From a virus (Duplodnaviria > Caudoviricetes), in IMG/VR virus record IMGVR_UViG_3300011335_000109, positions 1-52,924 of that record: DNA of 52,924 nucleotides. The stretch is one strand, 5' to 3'. Under the pieces are notes generated by a model that did no database searches, was not told the DNA's origin, and worked only from the letters and a program-made list of their open reading frames with translations. This document shows, piece by piece, positions 1-9,486 of the stretch. The translations under genes and the position numbers were made by a program. Each line of letters begins with the position of its first letter. The first letter of the stretch is position 1.

Positions 1-185
1 CACCACCTGCATGCACTTGATTGCATTCCATTTATTCCCCAATTAATTCACCATTTTATGTAATTTATGACGGTCGTTATCAGTTTCATTATAGTTATTG
101 TGCCAATTATGATTATAGCCGTTAAAATCATTATGCCGCAGATAATCATTCCTTTTCCGATGATAGTTATACGGCGCATAAGCTG

Positions 186-229
186 TCGTTATTAATTCTG
201 GTACGAATCGTTATAGATCGTGGTACGAC
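186..229 (+). repeat. Imperfect 22-bp tandem duplication in the long non-coding left end
   Basis: TCGTTAT at 186 and 208, TGGTACGA at 199 and 221 (22-bp period); a further TCGTTAT at 74 and GGTACG at 252. Confidence 0.6.
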
Positions 230-544
230 CCTGCGTGGGCCACCGGGGGTGGGTACGTTAGCTGTGTATGACATCGTACACAGAAGGGTAAAATTGAGCT
301 GTTAACCACTTTGTATTTTCTCTAGTGTCTATAACACCGGCACACACTACCTGTAGCGTGTCGTAACCTACGGCTTTGTTGTATAAATGAGACATTCTGG
401 AAAGTCTTTGCTCTACAACTCTTTTTTTCCTATAACATCTACATAGTTGATGTAGACAATATCAGCCTGTAAAATCAATTAATAATTTTTATACATTTTT
501 ATATGCTGATATTACGCTGACAGCAACCTACATAGATCATTATA

Positions 545-826
545 ATGGAAGAACAAGAAATAAAAAAACTTTTTAGAACAAGAAAACAATTAGAAAAAAC
601 AGGAGAAATAAATATACCTCCTTATTCTATTGTTTCAGAAGCCTACAAACTATTACATGAAGGTAAAGAAACAAAAATACATTTACCACATAGTGATGTT
701 TATTTTGTTAGAGCTGCACTGGAAAGTCATAGCGGATTTTTCTTTCCTTTAGATGTTGTAGAAGAAGCCATGCGGTTAGAAGGCTGGAAAGAACAAAGAC
801 ATGTTTATTTAGGAAAGAATTTATAA
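545..826 (+). CDS. Hypothetical phage protein, first gene of the late arm
   Basis: 93-aa ATG ORF after a 540-bp non-coding region; same strand as the structural operon. Confidence 0.7.
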   Translation: MEEQEIKKLFRTRKQLEKTGEINIPPYSIVSEAYKLLHEGKETKIHLPHSDVYFVRAALESHSGFFFPLDVVEEAMRLEGWKEQRHVYLGKNL

Positions 827-877
827 GAAAGAAACTAATAGTTTTTTTTTGTTATTTAGAAAAATGGGGGAAGAAAA

Positions 878-1183
878 ATGCCAATCGACTACCACGGTAA
901 GACGTTTCCGGGTTATAACAAGCCAATCAAATCTGATCGCGCAGGAAAGGTTGGCATGGTGTTAGCCAAAGAAGGGGAAAATATTAAGCTAATTCATTTT
1001 GGCGATTCCTCAATGGGACATAACTACAGCCCAGAAGCTAGAGCAGCTTTTAAAAGTAGACATCAAAAAAACATAGACAAAGGCAAGATGTCAGCAGCGT
1101 ATTGGGCTGACAAACAGCTTTGGAAAAAAGGTGGAGATGTTAAACAGCCTCCTGCTTCGCAAAAGCAAAAATTTGGAAAATAA
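878..1183 (+). CDS. Conserved small basic viral protein (IHFG...RH...SAAYW type, DUF5754-like)
   Basis: Motifs KLIHFGD, AFKSRH, MSAAYWA; purine-rich RBS; carries WKKGGDV. Confidence 0.65.
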   Translation: MPIDYHGKTFPGYNKPIKSDRAGKVGMVLAKEGENIKLIHFGDSSMGHNYSPEARAAFKSRHQKNIDKGKMSAAYWADKQLWKKGGDVKQPPASQKQKFGK

Positions 1184-1191
1184 GGAATTTT

Positions 1192-1974
1192 ATGGCAACC
1201 GGACCACGCATCACTCCAAATAGAACAGGTCGCACCTTTGGACAAGAAAATGGTGTTTCTACCAATGAAGGAAGAGGCAGGACGCAGGGATTTTCTAATG
1301 CTAATGAGGTAGCAGCAGACATTAGAGAACAACGTCCTATACAGGCTGCTAGAAGGGATATTGGGGGCTTGGGAGAAGCTGCGGAAGCAATGGTTGAAGA
1401 TAGTGGTCTTAGAGGTGCTGCTCTTAGTTCAAAAATGGAAAGAGGAGCGCATGCTACATTAAGGAATGCTACTAGGGCTGGATATGCTGGAATGGCTTTT
1501 GATTTTGGTCAAGTAGTAGGTAATATTATTGAGAAAGCAAATCCGGGTATTGGACAAAAAATTGTAGACAAAACTGTTGGTCCTGTTATTGATAGCCTTG
1601 TTAAAGCAGGACATAGCAAAGCTGAGCTTTCGGAATATAGCAAAGGCAAACTTACAAAACTTATTGATAAAGAATTGAAAGGAATGTCTTTAGATAAAGA
1701 AGAAGATAAAGGTAGCGACGAAAGAATTAACAAAAAAGACTACCCCACTTATAAATCTGATACTAAGAGTGCTTCTGCTTTTAGAGAAAAATTTTCAAGT
1801 GCAAAAGAAGAGGGAAAAGACACTTTCTCTTTTGAAGGAAGAGAATACAACACTAAAGAAAAACTAGCTAAAGGTGGTGTTGTAAAGAAAGCCCACAACG
1901 GCAACCGCACTTCTCATTCAATGCAATATAACTCCATTGATATGGGAAAATTTATGAAGAAAGTAAAGAAATAA
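1192..1974 (+). CDS. Hypothetical protein, probable virion-associated, with GG tag
   Basis: 260 aa; AAGGA RBS; C-terminal FSFEGREYNT then LAKGGVV. Confidence 0.7.
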   Translation: MATGPRITPNRTGRTFGQENGVSTNEGRGRTQGFSNANEVAADIREQRPIQAARRDIGGLGEAAEAMVEDSGLRGAALSSKMERGAHATLRNATRAGYAGMAFDFGQVVGNIIEKANPGIGQKIVDKTVGPVIDSLVKAGHSKAELSEYSKGKLTKLIDKELKGMSLDKEEDKGSDERINKKDYPTYKSDTKSASAFREKFSSAKEEGKDTFSFEGREYNTKEKLAKGGVVKKAHNGNRTSHSMQYNSIDMGKFMKKVKK

Positions 1975-1987
1975 TAAAGGCTTTACA

Positions 1988-2173
1988 ATGAAACTTTCTC
2001 CAGAAGTAGCTAAACAAATGGGAAAGAAAACTGCAATGATGGGTAGTGAAGTTAATAGCCCCGGCATTTTTCCAATTAATATGGTGGAGCCTCATTCAAG
2101 GCTTAATAAGGGTGGTGTTGTGTATGCTAATTGCGGTGCTTCAGTAAAGCCAGCGCAAAAAGCTAAGAAATAA
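1988..2173 (+). CDS. Small basic protein with GG tag
   Basis: AAAGG RBS; LNKGGVV motif. Confidence 0.65.
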   Translation: MKLSPEVAKQMGKKTAMMGSEVNSPGIFPINMVEPHSRLNKGGVVYANCGASVKPAQKAKK

Positions 2174-2189
2174 TTTTTAGGAGATAGAA

Positions 2190-2618
2190 ATGGCTGTTGG
2201 CGAAAAGAAAACTGATGCTCAGAAAGTTGCTGAGCTTAGAAAAGCTGCTGAAGATAAAACACTTCCTCAAGCTGTTAGAAATAGCTATCTAGACAGAGCA
2301 AATGAAATTGAACGTTCTGGATATGAAAAGATGAAGATGACAGAAGGAATGGCTAAGGGTGGTTCTGTAAAGAAAAAAACAAAGCCAGCAATTGCTGTCA
2401 TGATTGGAGTGGGACCAGCAAAGAAAATGGCTAAAGGAGGAAAGGTACCAGCAGCTATTAGCGAGTATGGCGGTAAAGAAAAATATCCTTCTGAAGCTGC
2501 TATGATGAAACATGAAAAAAAGGAAACAAAAAAAGTAGAAAAAAAAGAAGGTATGATGGCTAAAGGTGGTGTAGTAAAAAAACCTATGAAAGGCATCATT
2601 AACAAGTTTGTAAAATAA
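2190..2618 (+). CDS. Lys-rich protein with three MAKGG repeats
   Basis: AGGAG RBS; MAKGGSV, MAKGGKV, MAKGGVV. Confidence 0.75.
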   Translation: MAVGEKKTDAQKVAELRKAAEDKTLPQAVRNSYLDRANEIERSGYEKMKMTEGMAKGGSVKKKTKPAIAVMIGVGPAKKMAKGGKVPAAISEYGGKEKYPSEAAMMKHEKKETKKVEKKEGMMAKGGVVKKPMKGIINKFVK

Positions 2619-2770
2619 TGGTAAAAGCTCCTAATAAAAAAGTTGCAAAGGTAATGGGTGAGTTTAAGGAAGGCAAACTGCATAGCGGAAAGTCTAAGCA
2701 AATTGTTAAAAATCCAAAACAAGCCATTGCCATTGCTTTAAGTGAGGCTGCAAAAGCTAAGAAGAAATGA
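2618..2770 (+). CDS. 50-aa basic protein, DUF6496-like (not in the ORF track)
   Basis: MVKAPNKKVAKVMGEFKEGKLHSGKSKQIVKNPKQAIAIALSEAAKAKKK; TAATG overlap upstream and ATGA overlap downstream. Confidence 0.75.
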   Translation: MVKAPNKKVAKVMGEFKEGKLHSGKSKQIVKNPKQAIAIALSEAAKAKKK

Positions 2771-4014
2771 TAACTGTATATCCTCCGTTAGGTAGTAGCG
2801 GGAACACGCCAATGAATGTGGCGTTTCCTGCCACTGCAATTGATGCTTTTGGAAGACTACGAACAAGTCTTCCTTATACCTTATTTGACAGTCAACAACG
2901 TTACGAAGTAGATGGTCAATTTGATACATCCACTGCTAATGGCGGCTCCACTACATTTCTTCCTAATGAATCCACATTAAGACTAGATGTAACTACAGAT
3001 AGTGATTCTTCTGTTATTAGACAAACATATAGGGTATTTCCATATCAGCCGGGAAAGAGTTTGCTTATTATGGCAACATTTACAATGGCTGCTGGAAAGA
3101 CAAATCTTCAACAACGTGTAGGATATTTTAATAGTAGTAATGGTGTCTTCTTACAACAAAAAGACGGTGTTAATTCTTTTATTATTCGTTCTTTTACTTC
3201 TGGCGCTGCTGACGATAGCAGAATAGCTATTCAAAGTAGTTGGAATGGTGACAAGCTTGATGGTACTGGTCTTTCAGGAGTAACACTAGACCTTACCAAA
3301 ACACAGATTTTTTGGTGTGATATGGAATGGCTTGGTGTTGGTAATGTCCGTTGTGGCTTTATTATTAATGGACAATTTGTTGTTTGCCATACATTTCAAA
3401 ACTCCAACTTCCAAACTGCTGTATACATGACTACAGCTATTTTGCCCATTAGATATGAAATTACTAACACTGGAACAACAGATTCTGTTTCTTCAATGAA
3501 GCAAATTTGTTCCACTGTTTTGTCTGAAGGAGGATATGAAGAATATTCATATGGAAACGTAGCAAGAAGAAACACTCTTCTCACTAATATTGGTCTAACT
3601 TTTAAACCTATTGTTTCTATTAGAATGCCCACAGGAAGAACAGATTGTGTTATTCTTCCTTCTCGCGTACAGGTATTACCTATTACTTCTCAAAGTTATG
3701 AAGTACAGCTTGTAAAAAACGCTACTCTTACGGGAGCATCGTTTACAACAATGCCATCAACAAACAATGTTGAGTATGACGTAACTGCAACAGCAGTTAG
3801 TGGTGGTAGAGTTGTTCAAACAGATTATGTATCTGCTAGTGGTAGTGGTGGTCTACAACCACTTGTAGATCCAGCAGGATATAACTGGGGTTTACAACTT
3901 GGAGCCAGTATTGATGGTGTAAGTGATGTCTACACAGTACAAATTAAAACAATTTCTTCTGGTACTCCAACTGGAGATTGTGTAGGTTCTCTTTCATTTT
4001 GGGATTTAACGTAA
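2767..4014 (+). CDS. Putative virion structural protein (DAFGRLR-type, beta-rich)
   Basis: 415 aa, Ser/Thr/Gly-rich; motifs DAFGRLRTS, YQPGKS, WNGDKLDG, EWLGVG. Confidence 0.65.
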   Translation: MITVYPPLGSSGNTPMNVAFPATAIDAFGRLRTSLPYTLFDSQQRYEVDGQFDTSTANGGSTTFLPNESTLRLDVTTDSDSSVIRQTYRVFPYQPGKSLLIMATFTMAAGKTNLQQRVGYFNSSNGVFLQQKDGVNSFIIRSFTSGAADDSRIAIQSSWNGDKLDGTGLSGVTLDLTKTQIFWCDMEWLGVGNVRCGFIINGQFVVCHTFQNSNFQTAVYMTTAILPIRYEITNTGTTDSVSSMKQICSTVLSEGGYEEYSYGNVARRNTLLTNIGLTFKPIVSIRMPTGRTDCVILPSRVQVLPITSQSYEVQLVKNATLTGASFTTMPSTNNVEYDVTATAVSGGRVVQTDYVSASGSGGLQPLVDPAGYNWGLQLGASIDGVSDVYTVQIKTISSGTPTGDCVGSLSFWDLT

Positions 4015-4350
4015 ATGTCATCATTACGCGACAGAACGCTAGGAAAAGTATTGACTACATCTAGTCAAGACATTTATTCTATTCCTAGTAGTTTTATTTC
4101 TCATATGGATAGCATTATCATTAGTAATAATACTAGCAATACTGCTACCTTCACTCTGCAATGGTTTTCGGCTACTGACTCTGTTACATATAATATATTT
4201 TATAATAGCCCATTACCAGCCAATACCACCATTCAAATTACAGACCCTCTTATTCTTCAAGCAGGAGATAAATTAAAAGGGTATGCTAGTGTAAATAGTG
4301 TGGTGAATATTACATTGCGGGTGCAAGAGGAATATTCTGTTGTAAATTAA
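4015..4350 (+). CDS. Small beta-rich structural/adaptor protein
   Basis: 111 aa; residue pattern resembles 20281-20676 (IIISN...PANTTI...LILQAGDKL). Confidence 0.65.
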   Translation: MSSLRDRTLGKVLTTSSQDIYSIPSSFISHMDSIIISNNTSNTATFTLQWFSATDSVTYNIFYNSPLPANTTIQITDPLILQAGDKLKGYASVNSVVNITLRVQEEYSVVN

Positions 4351-4361
4351 GGAAGAAGAAA

Positions 4362-4547
4362 ATGGCTCAGAAGAAAAATTGGATTGCAGACGCTATTGAA
4401 AAACCCGGCGCTCTGCGTAAAACTCTAAAGATGAAAAAAGATGAAACTATTCCTACAAAAGTTTTGGAAAAAGCTGCAAAAGGTAGTGGAAAAACTGCTA
4501 AACGCGCAAGGCTTGCTATCACACTTAAAGGATTGAAGAATGGCTAA
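4362..4547 (+). CDS. Small basic protein (KNWIxxAIxKPGAL type)
   Basis: 61 aa, Lys-rich; AAGGA RBS. Confidence 0.7.
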   Translation: MAQKKNWIADAIEKPGALRKTLKMKKDETIPTKVLEKAAKGSGKTAKRARLAITLKGLKNG

Positions 4548-4908
4548 AGAACTTAATGAGAAACAAAAGAAGTTTCTTTCTGTTTTGTTTGATGAAGCTG
4601 GTGGTAATCCACTAGTTGCTAAACAACTTGCTGGATATAGCCACGACTATAGCACCAGAGAAGTTGTTAGCGGCTTGAAAGAAGAAATTGCTGAAGCTAC
4701 ACAGCTCTATATTGCTATGAATGCGCCTAGAGCAGCAGCGGCTATTGTTAGCGGCATGGTGTCTCCTACAGAATTAGGTATTAAAGAGAAACTTAACGCC
4801 GCTAAAGACATGCTTGATAGGGCTGGCTTTACTAAAACAGAAAAAGTACAGGTTGAAAGCAGCAATGGTGTTATGATATTGCCTAGCAAAGACGTATCAG
4901 ACGATTAA
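4540..4908 (+). CDS. Probable terminase small subunit
   Basis: N-terminal LNEKQKKFL...AKQLAGYS helix-turn-helix pattern, AAKDMLDRAG; just upstream of TerL. Confidence 0.6.
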   Translation: MAKELNEKQKKFLSVLFDEAGGNPLVAKQLAGYSHDYSTREVVSGLKEEIAEATQLYIAMNAPRAAAAIVSGMVSPTELGIKEKLNAAKDMLDRAGFTKTEKVQVESSNGVMILPSKDVSDD

Positions 4909-4916
4909 GGAGTTTT

Positions 4917-5363
4917 ATGGCTGAAAGAGGGCTAGGAAAATGGATATTGCCTCAACCTAAGAACAAAGAATATGTACAAATACCAAGAATAAGCAGAACA
5001 ATTCCTTTTGGGTATAAAGTTGAACATAAAGATGATGAATGGCTCATTCCAATTCCCTCAGAACTTGAAGCTTTGGAACAAGCAAAGAAACATCTTAAAC
5101 AATATTCTTTAAGGGAAGTAGCTAATTGGCTAACAACACTAACTGGTCGCACTATTTCCCATGTTGGTTTATCAAAAAGAATAAAAAGTGAGCAATCCCA
5201 CAAAAGAAAGTCTACAACGTACCGCAACATTGCCCGGAAATACCAAAAAGCCCTCCAGAAAGCGGAGCAGTACGAAGAAAGAATCGGTACAAAGCCCCCA
5301 GAGTTCTTTGAGTCCGACATCTGGAAGTCCATCAATAGTTTCGATCCAGCCAGAGAGCATTAA
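4917..5363 (+). CDS. Putative DNA-binding packaging-associated protein
   Basis: AAGGAG RBS; IPFGY motif, then HTH-like YSLREVANWL...ISHVGL; basic C-terminal helix. Confidence 0.65.
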   Translation: MAERGLGKWILPQPKNKEYVQIPRISRTIPFGYKVEHKDDEWLIPIPSELEALEQAKKHLKQYSLREVANWLTTLTGRTISHVGLSKRIKSEQSHKRKSTTYRNIARKYQKALQKAEQYEERIGTKPPEFFESDIWKSINSFDPAREH

Positions 5364-6774
5364 AGAACAGGAAAACATACAAAATGTCATCTTTAAACCC
5401 AACGCAGGGCCGCAAACTACATTCTTGGCAGCTAATGAAAGAGAAGTTTTATACGGCGGCGCGGCAGGAGGTGGTAAGTCTTACGCAATGCTGGCTGACC
5501 CTTTACGTTACTTGGGGCACCCTCAATTTTCTGGCCTCTTACTACGCCACACAACGGAAGAACTAAGAGAACTTATCTGGAAAAGCCAAGAAATGTATCC
5601 ACAAATATACCCCGGTATTAAGTGGAGTGAAAGAAAGATGCAATGGCAAGCTCCTTCAGGGGCTAGACTGTGGATGTCGTACCTAGATAGAGATGAAGAC
5701 GTATTGCGTTATCAAGGTTTGGCTTTTAGTTGGATTGGTTTTGATGAGTTGACGCAGTGGTCTACACCATTTGCATGGAATTATATGCGGTCACGTTTGC
5801 GTACTCCCGCTAATGACTTGCCTATTTTCATGCGAGCAACAACTAACCCCGGCGGTCCCGGCCATGCTTGGGTTAAGAAGATGTTTATTGATCCAGCACC
5901 GGCTGGTAAAGCTTTTTGGGCAACGGATATTGAAAGTGGTGAAACATTAAAATATCCTATTGGACATTCTAAAGAAGGTATTCCGCTCTTTAAACGTCGG
6001 TTTATTCCGGCAATGCTGTCTGACAATCCTTATTTGTCTGATAGCGGTGATTATGAGACAATGTTGTTGTCCCTCCCAGAACATCAAAGAAAACAATTAC
6101 TAGAAGGTAATTGGGATGTTGCGGAGGGTGCTGCTTTTCCTGAATTTAATAGGCAAGTCCATGTCGTACCCTCTTTTAACATTCCTAAAAATTGGACAAA
6201 GTTTCGCGCTTGCGATTATGGTTACGGTAGCTTCAGTGCTGTTGTGTGGTTTGCCGTGTCCCCTTCTGAACAATTGGTGGTATATCGAGAGTTATATGTC
6301 AGAAAAGTATTGGCAAAAGACCTTGCCCATATGGTGATGAGAGCGGAAGAAGACGATGGTTTAATTAGATATGGTGTATTAGATAGCAGTTGTTGGCATA
6401 AAAGAGGCGATACTGGTCCTTCATTGGCAGAACAAATGATATTAGAAGGTTGTAGGTGGCGACCGTCAGATAGAAGCGCTGGTAGTAGGGTTAGTGGAAA
6501 GAATGAATTGCACAGACGTTTGCAACTTGATCCGTTTACAGAACAACCGCGAATGGTTATAACAAGCAATTGTACAAATCTTATAGCACAATTACCAATA
6601 CTTCCGTTAGATAAAAGAAATCCAGAAGATATTGATACACATGCTGAAGATCATTTATATGACGCTTTGCGTTATGGAATTATGAGTAGACCTAGAAGTA
6701 GTTTGTGGGATTATGATCCTTTAGCTTCTAGACATTCTGGAATGAAAATTGCAGATGCCACATTTGGATATTAG
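5188..6774 (+). CDS. terL: Terminase large subunit (start codon uncertain)
   Basis: Walker A YGGAAGGGKS, Walker B IGFDE, TTNPGGPGH coupling motif, RNase H-like DYG and DHLYDALRY. Confidence 0.95.
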   Translation: MSNPTKESLQRTATLPGNTKKPSRKRSSTKKESVQSPQSSLSPTSGSPSIVSIQPESIKEQENIQNVIFKPNAGPQTTFLAANEREVLYGGAAGGGKSYAMLADPLRYLGHPQFSGLLLRHTTEELRELIWKSQEMYPQIYPGIKWSERKMQWQAPSGARLWMSYLDRDEDVLRYQGLAFSWIGFDELTQWSTPFAWNYMRSRLRTPANDLPIFMRATTNPGGPGHAWVKKMFIDPAPAGKAFWATDIESGETLKYPIGHSKEGIPLFKRRFIPAMLSDNPYLSDSGDYETMLLSLPEHQRKQLLEGNWDVAEGAAFPEFNRQVHVVPSFNIPKNWTKFRACDYGYGSFSAVVWFAVSPSEQLVVYRELYVRKVLAKDLAHMVMRAEEDDGLIRYGVLDSSCWHKRGDTGPSLAEQMILEGCRWRPSDRSAGSRVSGKNELHRRLQLDPFTEQPRMVITSNCTNLIAQLPILPLDKRNPEDIDTHAEDHLYDALRYGIMSRPRSSLWDYDPLASRHSGMKIADATFGY

Positions 6775-6783
6775 GAATAAATA

Positions 6784-8910
6784 ATGGCAGATATTATGAC
6801 TGATAAGCAGTTGGCTTTAGATGATATTTCTAAAGATGGTTTTGCTACTCCAGAAGCTCAAAGCGTAATTTCTTTTATTGAACAAAGATATTCTAAAGCT
6901 GAAGAAAGCAGACGCAAAGATGAAGACAGGTGGCTAAGAGCCTATCGCAATTACCGTGGTATTTATAGTTCTGATGTTCAATTTACTGAAACCGAAAAAT
7001 CCCGTGTCTTTATTAAAGTTACCAAAACAAAAGTGTTGGCTGCTTACGGGCAAATTGTAGACGTTCTTTTTGCAAACAATAAGTTTCCTCTTAGCGTTGA
7101 TCCGTCTGTTCTTCCAGAAGGTGTTGTTGAGGCTGTTCATTTTGATCCAAAAGAAGCGCCCCCAAATCAACCACAAGCTCCTACATCTCCAACTGAAATT
7201 CCATTTGGAGAAAAAGGAAGCGCAAGTATTGGCGCAGGATTTGGTATTGATCAACTGGAACAATTGCTTGGCTCTCTTAAAGAAGATTTGGGAAACATTC
7301 CCAATCTTAAAGAAGGACCCGGAGTTACACCAACGTCAGCCACTTTCTATCCTGCAATGGTTGCTGCAAAGAAAATGGAAAAGAAAATTCATGACCAACT
7401 AGATGAAAGCGGAGCAACTAAACATTTGAGAGCGGCTGCTTTTGAATGTGCTTTGTTTGGAACTGGTGTCATGAAAGGCCCATTTGCAACAAATAAAGAA
7501 TATCCAAAGTGGAATGAAGATGGTGAATACAACCCTGTTATCAAGACAGTGCCAGAAGCTTCGCATGTCAGTATATGGGACTTCTATTGGGACCCGGACA
7601 CAAACAACACTGAAAACTGCCAATACGTCATTGAAAGACATAAGCTTAGTCGGACCCAACTTCGCGCTCTTAAACGTCGCCCCTTCTTCAGAGCCAATGT
7701 CATCGACAACATTATCGACCAAGGCGAAGGCTATGTTAAGAAGTATTGGGAGGACGATCTCCGAGACTACCAACCAAACTTCGGGGTTGATAGATTTGAA
7801 GTGTTAGAGTATTGGGGTAATATTGATATTGAGTTGCTGGAAGAGAATGACATTAACATTCCAGATGAATATCAAAACATGGAAGAGCTTCAAGCAAACA
7901 TTTGGTTTTGTAATGGCAAAATCATTCGCTTTGTCCTCAATCCATTTAAACCCGCAAAGATTCCATACTACGCAGTTCCATACGAACTCAATCCCTATTC
8001 CCTTGCTGGTGTAGGTATTGCAGAAAACATGGAAGACACGCAAACCCTGATGAATGGGTTTATGCGTATGGCTGTAGATAATGCTGTTCTTTCAGGCAAT
8101 CTTGTCTTTGAAGTGGATGAAACTAACTTGGTTCCGGGTCAAGACATGCAAGTGTTTCCCGGTAAAGTGTTTAGAAGACAAGGCGGAGCACCGGGACAAG
8201 CTATTTTTGGAACAAAGTTTCCCAATGTTTCTCAAGAAAATTTACAGCTTTTTGATAAAGCAAGACAACTTGCAGATGAATCAACAGGACTTCCATCTTT
8301 TGCACATGGGCAAACAGGTGTAAGTGGTGTGGGTAGAACAGCTTCTGGTATTAGTATGTTGATGAATGCCGCTGGTGGCGGTATAAAGACAGTTATTAAA
8401 AACTTTGATGACTACTTGCTTTCTCCCATTGGAAAAGCATTCTTTAGTTTTAATATGCAATTTGACTTTGATCAAACCATCAAAGGCGATTTGGAAGTGC
8501 ATGCTAGAGGAACAGAAAGTTTAATGGCAAATGAAGTGAGGAGCCAACGGCTTATGCAATTCTTGCAAATTGCTAGTAGTCCTTCTCTTATGCCGTTTGC
8601 TAAATTTCCATACATCATTAGAGAAATTGCAAAAGCAATGGATCTTGATCCAGACAAAGTTACAAACAATATGGATGAAGCAATGCGACAGGCAGAAATC
8701 TTGCGGCAAACAGCACCGCCAGCACCTCCTGCTGGAGCAACGCCCCCACAAGGGGTAGGAGGCCCGCCATCGGTCGCTGACATGTCTGGAGGGGGTGGTG
8801 GCAACATTGGTGTTGGAGCCGCTCCTGTGCCCGGAGAACAGGGATTCTCAGCCGCTCCGCAAGGTGCCCCTCCACCGGCAGCACCAGCAGCACCTTCCCC
8901 ACAAGGTTAA
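6784..8910 (+). CDS. Portal protein
   Basis: 708 aa directly after TerL; FGTGVMK, GVG...MEDTQ, RTASGISML segments; Pro/Gly-rich C-terminal tail. Confidence 0.9.
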   Translation: MADIMTDKQLALDDISKDGFATPEAQSVISFIEQRYSKAEESRRKDEDRWLRAYRNYRGIYSSDVQFTETEKSRVFIKVTKTKVLAAYGQIVDVLFANNKFPLSVDPSVLPEGVVEAVHFDPKEAPPNQPQAPTSPTEIPFGEKGSASIGAGFGIDQLEQLLGSLKEDLGNIPNLKEGPGVTPTSATFYPAMVAAKKMEKKIHDQLDESGATKHLRAAAFECALFGTGVMKGPFATNKEYPKWNEDGEYNPVIKTVPEASHVSIWDFYWDPDTNNTENCQYVIERHKLSRTQLRALKRRPFFRANVIDNIIDQGEGYVKKYWEDDLRDYQPNFGVDRFEVLEYWGNIDIELLEENDINIPDEYQNMEELQANIWFCNGKIIRFVLNPFKPAKIPYYAVPYELNPYSLAGVGIAENMEDTQTLMNGFMRMAVDNAVLSGNLVFEVDETNLVPGQDMQVFPGKVFRRQGGAPGQAIFGTKFPNVSQENLQLFDKARQLADESTGLPSFAHGQTGVSGVGRTASGISMLMNAAGGGIKTVIKNFDDYLLSPIGKAFFSFNMQFDFDQTIKGDLEVHARGTESLMANEVRSQRLMQFLQIASSPSLMPFAKFPYIIREIAKAMDLDPDKVTNNMDEAMRQAEILRQTAPPAPPAGATPPQGVGGPPSVADMSGGGGGNIGVGAAPVPGEQGFSAAPQGAPPPAAPAAPSPQG

Positions 8911-8915
8911 TATAA

Positions 8916-9131
8916 ATGTTTGACGCAGAACAATATCAAAAACTTAAACCGTTTGTAAATTCTATTCCTCAATGGGAAGTGTTTTCTACTCTTGTTGAAT
9001 TCTATATTGAAAGACAACATAGAATTATGGAACAAACAAACAATGTTGCAGAGCTACATAAAGCTCAAGGGGCGTTAGCAACGTTGAGACAATTTCAACA
9101 CCTAAAGGACATTGTAAATGGATGCAGTTAA
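8916..9131 (+). CDS. Small conserved protein following portal
   Basis: 71 aa helical, ELHKAQG motif; typical position. Confidence 0.7.
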   Translation: MFDAEQYQKLKPFVNSIPQWEVFSTLVEFYIERQHRIMEQTNNVAELHKAQGALATLRQFQHLKDIVNGCS

Positions 9132-9486
9132 ACAAACTAAAAATCTTTTTAAAGCCGGTGGTCTTAAACAAGATGGGGGCACTGTAGATAAAGAAAGTGG
9201 TAATGATGTTCCTCCCGGTGCTCTTCAAAAAGAAGTGAGAGATGATGTTGATGCAAAACTGAGCGAAGGAGAGTTTGTATTTCCTGCTGATGTAGTTCGC
9301 TATATTGGGTTAGAAAAACTAATGGAAATGCGTGATATGGCAAAAAAAGGTTTGCAACGCATGAATGACATTGGTCAAATGGGCAATTCTGATGAAGTAG
9401 AAAATCCAGAAGCTCTTCATGGTGAAGAAGAAATGGATGATGAAATGTTTTCTTCTGAAGTAGACAAGGTATTAAACAATGGCTGA
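9118..9486 (+). CDS. Virion protein with AGG + DDVDAKLSEGEFV domain
   Basis: FKAGGL at 9148; DDVDAKLSEGEFV at 9241-9279; acidic tail. Confidence 0.75.
   Translation: MDAVKQTKNLFKAGGLKQDGGTVDKESGNDVPPGALQKEVRDDVDAKLSEGEFVFPADVVRYIGLEKLMEMRDMAKKGLQRMNDIGQMGNSDEVENPEALHGEEEMDDEMFSSEVDKVLNNG

Noticed and set aside
7530-7790. Patch of C-ending codons within the portal gene suggesting a recombined segment
   Set aside because: Impression by eye over a short stretch; cannot be separated from noise without computation
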